64,000 nucleotides of DNA from NCBI RefSeq assembly GCF_964204645.1, contig NC_134027.1:14478485-14542484 (forward strand), written 5' to 3'. This stretch comes from Tubulanus polymorphus. Taxonomy: Eukaryota > Animalia > Nemertea. The number at the start of each line of letters is the position of its first letter. Position 1 is the stretch's first letter. The notes below the pieces were generated by a model, which had not been told where the DNA came from, did no database searches, and saw only the letters and a list, made by a program, of their open reading frames with translations. Positions 51,709 through 63,885 of the stretch are shown in pieces. The position numbers were made by a program, and so were the translations under genes.

Positions 51709-52760
51709 ATGGGGTTTCCAAAAGCTTTCCAATATAATAAATCAATCAAATATAATATTCCTGCAATAGATTTAAAAAAAAATATTACCTATAAAAATGT
51801 AGTTTTAAATTCATTAACTAATTTAGAAATTTATGTTACTGAAACAGAGTTTTTTATTTCTAAAATGGAAAATATATTTAATACATATGAAGTTACTTTT
51901 ACTCGAGATGAATATCATATATATAAAGTAAAATCTAATATGAAATATTGGCAGAACCAATTAGATTTTGCTGTTTATTGTGCAACAACAGGTTGTGGAA
52001 TAAGTTGGAATGATCATTTAAATAACTTAGATAAAAATTTGAAGTATTCTGATTTAAAATTAATTCACACAATATTTAGATTTCACACATATTTTCAAAT
52101 CAGAATAATATTAAATGAATTAGAATGTCCTTTACCCGGATCTAAATATTTTAAAGAATTAGACAATAATATGAATCTATCTAAGTTTTATCAAATGGTT
52201 GGGTTAATTTCATTTTAATAATTGGAAATGATAACACTTCATTCGATGCGCAGAAACAATTCAAAGTATTATTTGAAGATTCAATTCATAATGATAAAAA
52301 TAGATCGATTCCAGAAAACATTGTAAGATATCAAAATTATTTAGATAAATCACATATTAGATTAAATTATTGTATAGGCCCTAAACTATTTATTATTTCT
52401 AATGATTTAGTATTAAAGATGGGAAATATAATTGGATATAATAATCTAATTAAAACTGCAACAATAAATAATTCATTTGGATTGAATGATATAAATAAAA
52501 AGATTATTACTGCTCCAAAATTAATGGAAGGTGAAAAAAATAAAAAACACATTCAATCAACAGAAACTAAAACTAATAATATTAAATTAAATAATGATTC
52601 TAAAATAAAAGATTTCAATACATCAGAAGATATAAAAACTGATAATATTCAACATGATATAATTAAACTAAATGATGATAATAAATCCCATGAAAATGCT
52701 AAATTAGCTTTAACTTGTATAGGAATTGTAATCGGAGGAATATTATATTTTAAATTTTAA
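51709..52760 (+). pseudogene. Polinton hypothetical protein with a C-terminal TM anchor, disrupted
   Basis: YWQNQLDFAVYCATTGCGIS, FRFHTYFQIR..L.EL..PLP, ...HENAKLALTCIGIVIGGILYFKF. Confidence 0.65.
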
Positions 52761-52776
52761 TTTTTTTATTATGTAA

Positions 52777-54208
52777 ATGGATGTAGAAGATATTCCATTT
52801 GGTGACATGGGAAATAATAATGAAGGATATATTGATAATGATTATAATGATGCAGGTGCTAATCTTAATGAAAATAATATTGATGATGGTAATGAATCAG
52901 CATATAATTCTAATTTAGCAGATAGTGGTTCTAAAACCACATCAACAGATGATTATGATAGAAAAACTAGATCGAAAATACCTCCTGAAAATGAAAATCC
53001 AGATTTAGTAAAAAAAGATTAGAATATAATGAATATATTTATAAATTCAAACCTGTATTTGAAAGATCTGGGTATAATATAAGTGATAGAGATGCTGACC
53101 GTTTAGTAGAAAATTTAAAACTTTTAGATGGTGAATATTATTATAAATTGAAAGATGATTATTATATTAACATCTCTTATATAAAAGAAGAAAAAATATT
53201 AGCAAAATCAACTTTATAATAAGAAATAGTAATGAAATAGAAGATGTAACACAAGAATTAATTGATAAAAATTGAAGAGTATTTAAACAAAGAATTAATG
53301 AATTATTTGAAATAATCAAAAAGAAATCAGAAACAGAAACAACTTCTGAACAGAATAAAACTTCCAAAACTAGTAAACTTAAATCAAATAAAGTTCCAAT
53401 TGAAAAACTTTTACCGAATGGATTAATTGATGCAACAAAACAAGAATTAGAAGATTTAGATATATTTTCTGATAAAGCAATTAGAGAAATTGAGAGTATA
53501 AGACTTGCATCTGATAAAATTGCGCATGATAAAAGTATAAGAGATTTAAAAATTAGAACTTTAGAAGATGAATTATTTAAATCAAGAAAAGAATCGGAAC
53601 AACTAAAATTAGATAGAGATAATAAAGTTATTGAAGAAATTGAATTTAAAAAAAGAAATGCGTATTTAGAAAAAGAAAAAGATGATTTAGAATATAATAT
53701 AGAATTACAAAAAGAAGAAATTAAATTATTATTAAAATCATATGATTATAATATTAATAGATTAAAAGTTATTTTTAAAGATTTGTTGATAAAACCAAAT
53801 TCTGACATATGACTAAAAGATAGAATAAGATTCTTATTTAAGTTAGAAGGAATAACAATTCTTTCAATTCTAACAGCTGTAACTATGTTATTTACAACAA
53901 TTGGTTTAGCTATATCAAATTCTTTGAAATCTACTCCTTCTCCCAATAAACCGGATAAACCCCCGAATGATAATAATTCTATACAAGATAAAGTTAAGGA
54001 TGGTTTAAAGAAATTAGCAAAATATTTATGGGAACTATCTGAAAATTCTGCTGCAGCTTTACCAGGAATTATTGCATCAATTGTTGGTTTTATATTGAAA
54101 TCTGCAGGAAACATTATTAACTTTGCTGCTGAACATATTATTTTATTTTCAATTACAGTTGTAAGTGCTATTATTTTTGGTTTAGTAAACATGATTAAAA
54201 ATAAATAA
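52777..54208 (+). pseudogene. Long acidic/coiled-coil protein with several C-terminal hydrophobic helices, disrupted
   Basis: TAAATG start; EGITILSILTAVTMLFTTIGLAI, AAALPGIIASIVGFILK, IILFSITVVSAIIFGLV; several stops. Confidence 0.65.
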
Positions 54209-54228
54209 TTAATTTTTTTGTTAAATTA

Positions 54229-55475
54229 ATGAGTGGGAGTTATATCAATCCTTCTAAGAATCATAGAATATCTAATGCTATTAAAGCAGAAAGATCACAT
54301 CATATAATTACTCATAACCCTTCTAATATTAATCCTGATGAAACTTTATATGTTAGAATTCCTCGATTAACACAAAATACTTTTTACGTTCCAAATAGTA
54401 TTTATTTATCAGCCGATATAAAAGAAATCGGTAATAATAATAATTATGTTGTTGATAATGTTGGAAGATATTTGATTAAAAAATTAACTATAAAGATTGG
54501 CCCAGAAACACTTTCTCATTAGATGATTATAATTTATTTATGCATTATAAAGATTTATGGTTGACTAAAGAAAATAGAAATAATATGATATTTCAAGGAA
54601 TCCAATCAGAAAACCAAAATAAATTAAGATCAGAAGCACATAATGCAATATTAACTAATTCTATAGATAAATTGATAAAAAGTATATATGGAAGCAAATA
54701 CAAAATTCCATTAGACTTTGAATTGATAAATAACAATGCACCTTTATATAAATACGCAATTCAAGAAGACGTTATATTTGAGATAACATTTGCTCCTGTT
54801 AATGAAACTGTAATATCTAGCGTTAATAAAGATATGAGTTATAAATTATCGAATATATGTTTAGAATATGATACAGTAACTGATGAAAATATTTCAAGTA
54901 TAATTCAAACTAAATACAATCAAGGATTTTCATTATTATATGATTATATTGATAAATTTAAAACTGTAACTATTAATGCAAATGATGAAATAATTAATGA
55001 GAATATTAACTTCCCAAGAAGATCTATTAAAGGTATATTAATATTTTTTACCATTGCAACATATACTAATGGCGCAATAAATGTTGATAATTATTATAAT
55101 CCTGAAATAACAAAAGTAGAAATAGCTATCGAAGGAATAGCAAATAAAATATTTTGTCGAGGAATGAGAATGATTGATCAATGGCCAGAAATTAGAAAAC
55201 ATTTTATGAATGAAAAAGTGAAATCATCTGAAAATTGTAATATTAATCAAATTGATTATTATACCGGTAATAAATATGCATTATGGTTAGATTTTAGAAC
55301 AACAGAGGATAATTCATTACATGGTTCTGGAAAAAAACTACAGAACACTAAAGATGGAATACAATTATTCATGACAAAGAATAAAGGAATCAAAAATTTT
55401 AAAATGCACATTTATATTATATCTGACGCGCAATTAAATATTGTAAATTCTCAATTAAATAGTGTTATGTATTAA
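54229..55475 (+). pseudogene. Putative major capsid protein (~415 aa; double jelly-roll by inference), one frameshift
   Basis: Size and position; beta-rich patterns (NPSNINPDETLYVRIP, LIKKLTIKIG, YKLSNICLEYD, INENINFPRRSIKGILIFF, YALWLDFRT, MHIYIISDA). The fold is not verified. Confidence 0.6.
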
Positions 55476-55507
55476 AATTTTAACTTTAATAAAAATTTAT
55501 ATAATAA

Positions 55508-56480
55508 ATTGAAGGTGGTAAAGTATATAAACATATTCCATACATCGATACACATGAAAATAATGATGGTTTATATTATGTAATACCTTGTAATATAGCT
55601 TTGATATTTCATCCTATTTTCAAAATTTATAAAACTAAACTAATAGAAATCGATAATAATAAAAGTGGTGTTGTTGATAATTTAAGTAATGTAATTGATA
55701 ATAATGTAATACCTTCTACATCTAATAATGTAATACCTTCTACATCTAATAATGTAATACCTACTACATCTAATAATGTAATACCTACTACATCTAATAA
55801 TGTAATAGCTGCTACATCTAATAATGTAATACCTTCTACATATAATAATGCAATAATATTAAATGTTAGTGAAAATATTGTGATTATTGTAAAGGCGAAT
55901 TTTCAAACGCTCCATCAAATTGGAATAATCATATGAATACAAATTCACATATTACTAATGTTATAAAACGTGTTGGTTTAAAAGAATTTATAGAACACCC
56001 ATTTAGACATGTTACAAAGTTTGTTTCAAATCAAAAAGTAAATGGTGAAAAAATATATGAAGATTTATTATTAGCAACACCTAATAATGATGAATTAGAT
56101 TTAACCGATGCTATTAAATTATAATCAAACATTGTAAATGAAATATTAGGAGCAAACAATAATAAAGATAATAATGAAAATGGCGCCGTATGGCACCCAC
56201 ATGGTGATATAGTTACAGATAAGCATATTGATAATAAAGATTCTATGAAACTTAAATCAGAAAATAAAGATATAGTTGAGATGACTAATAAGTATATCAA
56301 TAAACCAATTATTCATGAAGATACGGTAAATAGGGTGAAGAATTAGTGCAAAAATAATAAAGAATTTGAAGAAGAAAATTCGGTAGAGAATTTGAATAGA
56401 TTGTTAGGGTCTGATGATGAATTGGAGAGTGATGATGAAAGTGATTCAGAAAGTGATTATCTAACACTCAAAAAGTAATA
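55508..56480 (+). pseudogene. Zinc-finger-like protein with NNVIPSTS repeats and an acidic tail, disrupted
   Basis: TAAATT at the expected start; YYCNTC and YCDYCKGEF...WNNHMNTNSH in shifted frames; a 24-bp repeat x6 at about 55700-55850. Confidence 0.5.
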
Positions 56481-56483
56481 AAC

Positions 56484-56955
56484 GTTGAAAATTGTATAAA
56501 ATAATAGTAAATAAAAAAGGGGGTTTTAAGTATTAAGGTATCTAATACGTATCTAATACGTATTTAATACATATCTAATACGTATCTAATACGTATCTAA
56601 TACATATCTAATACGTATCTAATACGTATCTAATACGTATTTAATACGTATTATTTGAAAATACCTTAAATTATATTTTTTAAAAATTTATATTAGAAAC
56701 CTCAGTAATAATAAATAACCTTTATTATTTTCAAACTTATTCATATATTAGTTGAAAAAAATAAAAATAAATTGGTTGAAAATTGTATGAATAATATTTA
56801 TTTTAAAAAAGGGGGTTTTAAGTATTAATGTATTTAATACGTATTTAATACGTATTTAATACGTATTAGATAGATAGGTATATAAATAATTATTTTATAA
56901 ATTTATATTCATATGGAAATTGTAATCTCAGTAATAATTTTGAACCTTTATTATT
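56484..56955. repeat. Duplicated module with 11-bp (TATCTAATACG) arrays between the convergent gene blocks
   Basis: GTTGAAAATTGTAT...AAAAAAGGGGGTTTTAAGTATTAA at 56484 and 56775, followed by about 10 and about 3 copies of the 11-mer. Confidence 0.85.
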
Positions 56956-57494
56956 CTTTAATTTATTCATATATTCATCATGTAATTCAGTAGGTATAAT
57001 TTGATTTTCTTCCAATGATTGTTGCATAGATTATCTTTGTTATAAAATAAAACTAGAAATCTTATATTCTCCCTAAAGTCTTTAACAATTGAATTATATT
57101 TTTGATTTAAAACCCATGTTGTTATCCCAAAATGTCTACCAGAAAAAGCTAGATAACATAACTCACTTTCTCTCACTTTTGAATCATGTAAATTTGCGCA
57201 ATCATCTATGATGAATAATGTATTTGATCCTTTATAAGTATCAATTGCTATTTTTATACAATTATCTAAATTTTCTACTGTTTTAGGATCTAATATAATA
57301 AACTTTTTTATCTTAACTATGTCTCTATTATATGTTTTATTCATTTCATAAGTAGGACAAAATAATATTATATTATCAAAATGTTTCTTATAAATAGTTT
57401 CTAACAAATCTAATATGAAATGTGTTTTACCGCAATTGGTTACACCAGTAACTAACATATTATGCGGTTCAAATATAAATAAATCTTTATTCAT
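56890..57494 (-). pseudogene. A32/FtsK-like packaging ATPase, 3' frameshift
   Basis: Walker A GVTNCGKT, Walker B LFIIDD, SGRHFGIT..LNQ, FRENI. Confidence 0.9.
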
Positions 57495-58572
57495 TTATTC
57501 TTTTAATTTTACTAGATAAATCCATTCATTAAATTTATCATCATATTCTTTATATTTCACCAAAGAATACTTTTTTACTTTTAAGAGTTTTTGTTTTCAA
57601 TACTTTTTCTATTTTGTATTCTATTTCATCTGGATTTGGTACAAATGATAATTCTTGTTCATAGAAATAACCTAATATTTCTTCATCTTTTAGATCTTCT
57701 AGTTTATAAACAAATGGTTTAGTTAATATTATCTTTTTAATCTTGAATATTTCTTCAGTAAAATTTGGAGTATAACCTTTATAAAAGGTTTTTCTATATT
57801 TAGATATTCTTACGTGTTGTCCAATTTTAAATTTAGGTTCTCCGAAATCATGTGTAACAAACACACCATATTAATTATTACAAACTATTTCTGAATTATC
57901 TTCTTTTATAGCTTGTATAGGTTTCATATTTATAGAACTATGTTTAGAATTATTATAACCTTTCACTAAATCATCTAACACATCGATATATTTATATGTT
58001 TCATTAGCAGTAAAATATTTCCACATTCTAGTTTTCAATGTTTTATTAAATCTTTCTATAACAGATGCTTTTTTATCTGAATGTGTTGAAAAATAATCTA
58101 CATCGTTATCAGATAATAGTTTTTTAAAATGTTTGTTATAGAATTCCTTACCTTCATCAAATTGTATCTTATCTGGAATAGCTTCTTTAAATATAGATTT
58201 AAAAGCATTTGTCACTTCTATACCAGTTTTGTTTTTGATTGGAATTGACCATGCGTATCTACTGAATATATCTATAACATTTAATATCCAGAAATATCCT
58301 TTGTTGAATTGTTCTAAGTTCTTCATGTCAATTAAATCTGCTTGCCATTGTTGATCAATATATGAAACCATAACTTTTCTTGTAAAATAAGTTTTATCCA
58401 TTTTCTTGTGGATTTGATATGTTGGTTGATTTTGTAACCATGATTTTAATTCGCTATATTTTATATTTTCCTTATCAGATTTAATTTTACCCCATAATTC
58501 TAAAACGTTAGAATATGATACTTCACTTTCTGGGTTATGATATAAATCTCTTAAATATTGTTCTTTTTTCAT
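57487..58572 (-). pseudogene. rve (c-integrase) with C-terminal chromodomain; one stop and one frameshift
   Basis: WQADL, IDIFSRYAW, QFDEGKEF, IERFNKTLK, YNNSKHSSINMKP, KGYTPNFTEEIF, YKIEKVLK...VKYKGYDDKFNEWI. Confidence 0.93.
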
Positions 58573-58578
58573 CTTATT

Positions 58579-58947
58579 TTAATCCATTAATAATAATTTA
58601 GATTTAGTTTCAATGGCTTTATGATTTGACTTATTTTCTGGTATAATAGGTTTATTGTCATTGGAATCATATTTATCATCAGATTTGAATTTTGATTTAT
58701 ATATTACACCGGATAATATAATAATTGTTACTAATCCAATTGTAACATATAATTTATAATTACTTCCAGCATTAAAAGAATCAGATGGATTATTATTTGA
58801 ATCAATATCAGATAAAGTCTGTGATTCATTTATATCAGTTAATTTCTTTTTCTTAGCTTTTTTTAATTCTGAAGATCTTTTACCTAATTCTCTTGCCCAT
58901 TTAATTTGTTTCTCGGATCTAGGCTTTTTCTTAACGCCATCACTCAT
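58579..58947 (-). CDS. Polinton hypothetical protein, 122 aa, one TM helix
   Basis: Intact and conserved with 709-1077. Confidence 0.75.
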   Translation of the reverse strand: MSDGVKKKPRSEKQIKWARELGKRSSELKKAKKKKLTDINESQTLSDIDSNNNPSDSFNAGSNYKLYVTIGLVTIIILSGVIYKSKFKSDDKYDSNDNKPIIPENKSNHKAIETKSKLLLMD

Positions 58948-59542
58948 TTATTTTAGTTAATTTTTGTTCTGATTCATTTTCTGTTTCACCGTTTGGTTGT
59001 AGTACATCTGTTTCGTTCTTACCTGATTTATATTCCATAGGCTTGATGTTCGAAAATGTTATGACACCAGTAGAAATTAATGTCATAACCGATCCTAATT
59101 GAAATGAAGCATAACCAACCCATTTTTGTAATTCAGTCATAACTAAGTAGTTATTTTTCAAATCACTATATAATTTATTTTCATCATCAATTGGTATTAA
59201 CTGGTTACATAACTTAGAATAACATTTGACAATACCATCTGAAATAGAATCATTTATTCGGGCTAATCTTGCTTCTTCATAAATCTTAAAATATTTTATT
59301 ACTTTATCTGGTTTCATAGCATCTAATTCTTGAAAAGTAATAGTCTTAGTTAAAAACTCTTTAGTTTTTCCACCGGCAATCAATAGTTCTAGATGATGCT
59401 TACAATATAAATAGTATTCATAATCAATATTGTTATTAACTTGAATAGAATTAGAAACAACTGGATCCTTATTATCACTAATACCTAAATCATCTAATGT
59501 TTTTTCAATATCAATACTATTCTTATTAGATTTCTTTGACAT
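58940..59542 (-). CDS. Polinton hypothetical protein, 200 aa
   Basis: Intact and conserved with 1070-1672. Confidence 0.75.
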   Translation of the reverse strand: MSKKSNKNSIDIEKTLDDLGISDNKDPVVSNSIQVNNNIDYEYYLYCKHHLELLIAGGKTKEFLTKTITFQELDAMKPDKVIKYFKIYEEARLARINDSISDGIVKCYSKLCNQLIPIDDENKLYSDLKNNYLVMTELQKWVGYASFQLGSVMTLISTGVITFSNIKPMEYKSGKNETDVLQPNGETENESEQKLTKINE

Positions 59543-59556
59543 TTATATTAGAGAAA

Positions 59557-60740
59557 CAAGAAAATTAACTTTAAAAAATTATTTGACGCCTGCGAAAAAA
59601 TGTAGAATTTCTGGGATAAGCTAATGTGGAATTGCAAATTTGAAATCGAAGTTTTAAGAAATTTGGGGAATTATGAGATTTGGCGATTGGGTAGATGATA
59701 CAGTCTTCGACTGGTCTAATTTTAAAAAAAATTGTCAACTTGTGACCGATTTCGATTCACTTTTGCCTCTAAGCTGGTCTGCAACTTCATTGCCTCCATG
59801 GTTGAAGAAAGAGCTCTTCTGATGTCTGCTTCATCATGACTTCGAGCATATCGTGTAGCCAGCCGGCTCGGTCGACCGGGCCCCGGTTTGGCTGTCACTC
59901 GATATCCTAGACTTGAGTCTGGGTTGAAGTAGACATTGTCATTTAGATAACTTATTCATGTTCTTCTGTATGAATTACCCGTGTGTCTTGTATTTTCTTA
60001 GTTTAAAATTTGTAACTTTATTGAATTTGGGAATTTTATCCCGGTGTCACAGTACAAGTGGTATCCCACTCATTACAGGCACCCCCTGATTGCGCATGCG
60101 CGTGGGATTCCACTGCTTGTTTACCGCAAACGAGTAAAAGCCATCCCCGTACAAGAGGCATCCCGGAGCCGTATATGACAGTTATGCTATTATAAATTGC
60201 TAATCTCATGAAACCTGCATACTTCCAATATCGAACATATTTTCTAAAACATTTGAATATTGAAATTATATGTTTACACGTTTTTATATATACCGCGTGT
60301 AGCCGCCGATGAAATTCACGCCGGCCCTACTCAGATCGTAGATAGCTTCGTCATTCCACTAGCATCCCCATGTCAGGGTCTGACTTTTATATCAGACTTC
60401 CAAATCGTGTATACATCCGCCATTTAACCGAATAATCCGATTTACTTATCATTTCTATTTATGCCTGCCGCTCCTGATATAATCATACATCCTTTACTAT
60501 TACAAGACGTCTCCTCATGATATTCAATGCAATATAACATTTCGACGTTCAAATATAGGTCATTATATAATCACAGGGAGCCATTCTACATCTTTATCAA
60601 TATTATTTTGCCAAATAGCTTGTATGTGTACACATAAACCTGTGACGTTTTGCACATCGATTTACGGTTGTCGTTTGTAAAATGACGCTGAATGGTTAGC
60701 ATTGTTTAGGTTTCATAATGGTAACGTTTTATAAGGTCTC
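59557..60740. mobile_element. ~1.2-kb non-coding insertion into the Polinton
   Basis: Absent from copy 1 (empty site TTAGAGAAAAAAAGC near 1680); more GC-rich; inserted in an A-run; no TIR or TSD evident. Confidence 0.85.
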
Positions 60741-61035
60741 AAAAAAAGCAAAAAAAAAAATATTATAAGTATTCTTCAAATGATACTAGCTAGTTAAAGC
60801 TAAAGAATTCTAGTATTGACTACTGATACTAGCTATTTGAATTTAAAGAATTTCTATTTGAATCTATTCAAAATATAAAATATTCTCTTTTTGAAAAGAA
60901 AATATTAAAAATATAATAGAATTCACTAGCAGTTGAAGTTATTGTTTTTTTTAATATATTTTATTTGAATTCTATTTGATATCTCACTACTTTTGTTTAT
61001 CTATTAGGAGCAGTAATTATAACTGTCCAGATAAG

Positions 61036-61251
61036 TCATTTCGGATCCTTGATATCAAATTCCTTGACGTATTGTTCATTATTTGGATCATTGTTCCATT
61101 GATCGATAAATTTCTTTGCCTTTGTTAACTGTTCTAAATATAACTGTAAATCTAGTTTATCAGATTTGATTTGATTTTCTTTCTTTTCAAGAGGTCTTAA
61201 ATTTTTCAAATTCCAAATAAGTTTTTTATTGTATTCATCATTCCTTTCCAT
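61036..61251 (-). CDS. Short paralogue of the HNH C-terminus with its own TAAATG start
   Basis: DEYNKKLIWNLKNLRPLEKKEN.IKS.KLD matches the end of the HNH ORF; frameshifted in copy 1 (about 1976-2192). Confidence 0.5.
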   Translation of the reverse strand: MERNDEYNKKLIWNLKNLRPLEKKENQIKSDKLDLQLYLEQLTKAKKFIDQWNNDPNNEQYVKEFDIKDPK

Positions 61252-61727
61252 TTATAAATCAAATTTTTAATAAAATTGATTATCATTTTAGAATCCTCTT
61301 CCATTTCTCCGACTAACGTCATCCTTTTTCATTCCTCGCTGCTTTGATAAGTCATTTCGGATCCTCGATAATAAATCCTCAACTGAAAATCAATTCAACG
61401 AAACGACTGGTGGAAATATTATTTCATAAACACATATATTTATTATGTAAATTTTAGCGATCGATAATAGAACAATGGAGAACAATAGAAAAGCGGTCCA
61501 ATCGGACCGGTTATTGCGCAATACACAGTTAACAGTAAACAATCAATACAGAACAACTGCCGCCATTAACAACGATCAATAATAGAACAATGGAGAACAA
61601 TAGAAAAGCGGTTCAATCAGACCGGTTATTGCGCAATACACAGTTAACAGTAATCAATACAATATTAAAACAGATATATACAATCGAGATTACATTTTTT
61701 GATATCTAAGACCTTCAGTGTTATAAT

Positions 61728-62194
61728 TTATAATTTTGTCCAGAATTCTTTAATTACTGGATTGTTTCCAATCATTTCTTCAATTTCTGGTAAATATCTG
61801 ACTACTTCACTAAATGCTAATCCTAATATTTTGAATTTTTCATATTTTATTAATCTACCTACTCTTCTCAGTTTTCTGTCAAAACCGGCACTGATATCTA
61901 CACTTATTTTCTTAGTTTTCGATTCTTTGAGTCCCAACAGCAATTTAAGTCGCGTTGCTGGTAATTTTGGTAATTGTAGTTCGCGCGGTAATTGTTTATT
62001 ATGTATTACATCACTCAGAATTTTCACCATTTCTTGGTGATAATCCAAATGTTCTTGTAATTTTGTGAAGTTTGTTCGTCAATTACGAGAGTTTTATCCT
62101 CCATTTCTATTGATTCCCGTGTTTCACTATCCATCGTTTCTGGTTCCTCTTCCGATGGTTGACTTGGAATTTCTGGTTGATCTCTGTATTCCAT
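61728..62194 (-). pseudogene. Hypothetical protein with an acidic N-terminus, frameshifted
   Basis: ATG at 62194 (MEYRDQPEIPSQP...) and C-terminal ORF 61728-62048; homologue at about 2829-3285. Confidence 0.55.
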
Positions 62195-62602
62195 TTTAAT
62201 CTAAAAGATGTCGTGAAAATGAATTACTGTACTTAAATATGTTTAAAGTTTTCTCACTTCATAATATATGTACTTACATTTAGATTTAGAACTGTAAACT
62301 GTGTTTTGAGAGAGAATATCCAATACGTACTATGTATGTGAAAGTTGATTTCTAACTGCCGACGTGGCGCACGTTCGACCAAACTAATTACTTCTGCATG
62401 TTTGCCTGGATTGTAACAGATGTTCCTTTGTGATGTAATTGATTAATCCTTTTCAACTGAAATAGCACATTCGATCAATATTCAAATGAGGTGCGCCCCA
62501 TTCAACTGAATATAACGTGCGACAGATGCTTTTGTAAACAAGCTAATACAATTACATATAAGCGGTTTGACATAGATCGAGAGTAACCGGTTTTCTAAGC
62601 GT

Positions 62603-63261
62603 TTAAGCTTCAACGTATTTTTCATTATGTGTTGAATTCCATAATTCAACAAATGTCTTTGCTTTATCCAGTTGATCTAAATATAATTTCATATCTAGTT
62701 TGTTAGATTTAATTATGTTCTCCTTCTTTTCTAAAGGTCTTAAATTCTTCAAATTCCAAATAAGTTTTTTATTGTATTCATCATTCATGTCAAATTTAGA
62801 AATCGGCAACACGTGATCAATATGAAAGTATTCACCATAATTATCTATATTCATTTTATCATCGAATTGATATATTATCCATGATATGAAAAATTCATCT
62901 GAACAACCCAATAAATTAGATAGTGTTTTTGAATGCGTTTCTTGAATGCGTTGAATAATTGTGTTAATCTAGATCTTAAGCATTGTTTCAATCTAAAATT
63001 AAGATCTGTTTGATATCTTTCTCTCATATATTCTGTCATATAATCATTATAAGCTTCTCTATTATCTTCTCGATATTGTTTGGTATATAGTTTAGTACAA
63101 GTTTTACAGCAATATTGAAAACCATCTTTGCTAATCTTACGCTTATTAAATTCTGTTATAGCTAATTTATCTAATTCACATTTAGAACACTTCTTGTAGT
63201 ATATATTTATGACACCAGTGTTATTTGTAATATTTATAGTTTGTGGTTGTTCTGATTCCAT
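62603..63261 (-). pseudogene. HNH-type endonuclease, frameshifted in this copy
   Basis: Two overlapping ORFs that together match 3699-4352. Confidence 0.75.
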
Positions 63262-63273
63262 TTATTATACATA

Positions 63274-63871
63274 TTTTTTTAATAAATTGATTTTAGAAGT
63301 TCAATGATTTATATCATGTATTATTTCAATCACACTTTACTAACACTTTCAATGTTTAAAAATCTAACTCATACAAATATGAATATTGAAATAATGTTGT
63401 AAATATATACTTGTCAATCTGTCAATTTAAATGTTATTCATGTACATGATTTTTTTAAGAGTAATAGGGGTAATGGGCTTGCAGGTTAAAGGTTGAATGG
63501 TCGAGTTCATTAAAAACAAATATTAAAAGTAATATAAAACTATAATATATTTTCATAGCCGTGTGTATTTCAGTTGAATAATAGAATAATTATTATTATT
63601 AAAATATATTTGATTATGAATTTGTGCATTGTAATAAACCAATTGGTCGCGGAGCGGAGCGGAGCGGTAGCGAAGTGGAGCGACCAATTGATTTAATACA
63701 ATATGCATTTAAAATTTAAATTATTGATTTCTTAGAATAAATATTTAGTTATAATTTAAAATACACACGGTTATGAAGATATATTATAGTTTTAAATTAC
63801 TTTTAATGTTTTGTTTTTTAATGAGCTCGACCGTTCGACCTTTGGCTTGAAAGCCCATTACCCCTAATACT
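63274..63871 (-). repeat. Right TIR; 63460-63871 forms an imperfect palindrome
   Basis: AGTAATAGGGG at 63460 to CCCCTAATACT at 63871; the loop at 63651-63679 has one extra GGAGC unit. Confidence 0.95.
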
Positions 63872-63885
63872 CATGGACACCAATT

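Larger units (their letters stand above)
44330..63871 (+). mobile_element. Full-length Polinton/Maverick-type endogenous virus, 19542 bp, decayed
   Basis: CATGGA TSD at 44324-44329 and 63872-63877; AGT...ACT termini; ~600-bp TIRs; pPolB, ATPase, integrase and capsid-like genes; markedly more AT-rich than the flanks. Confidence 0.96.
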
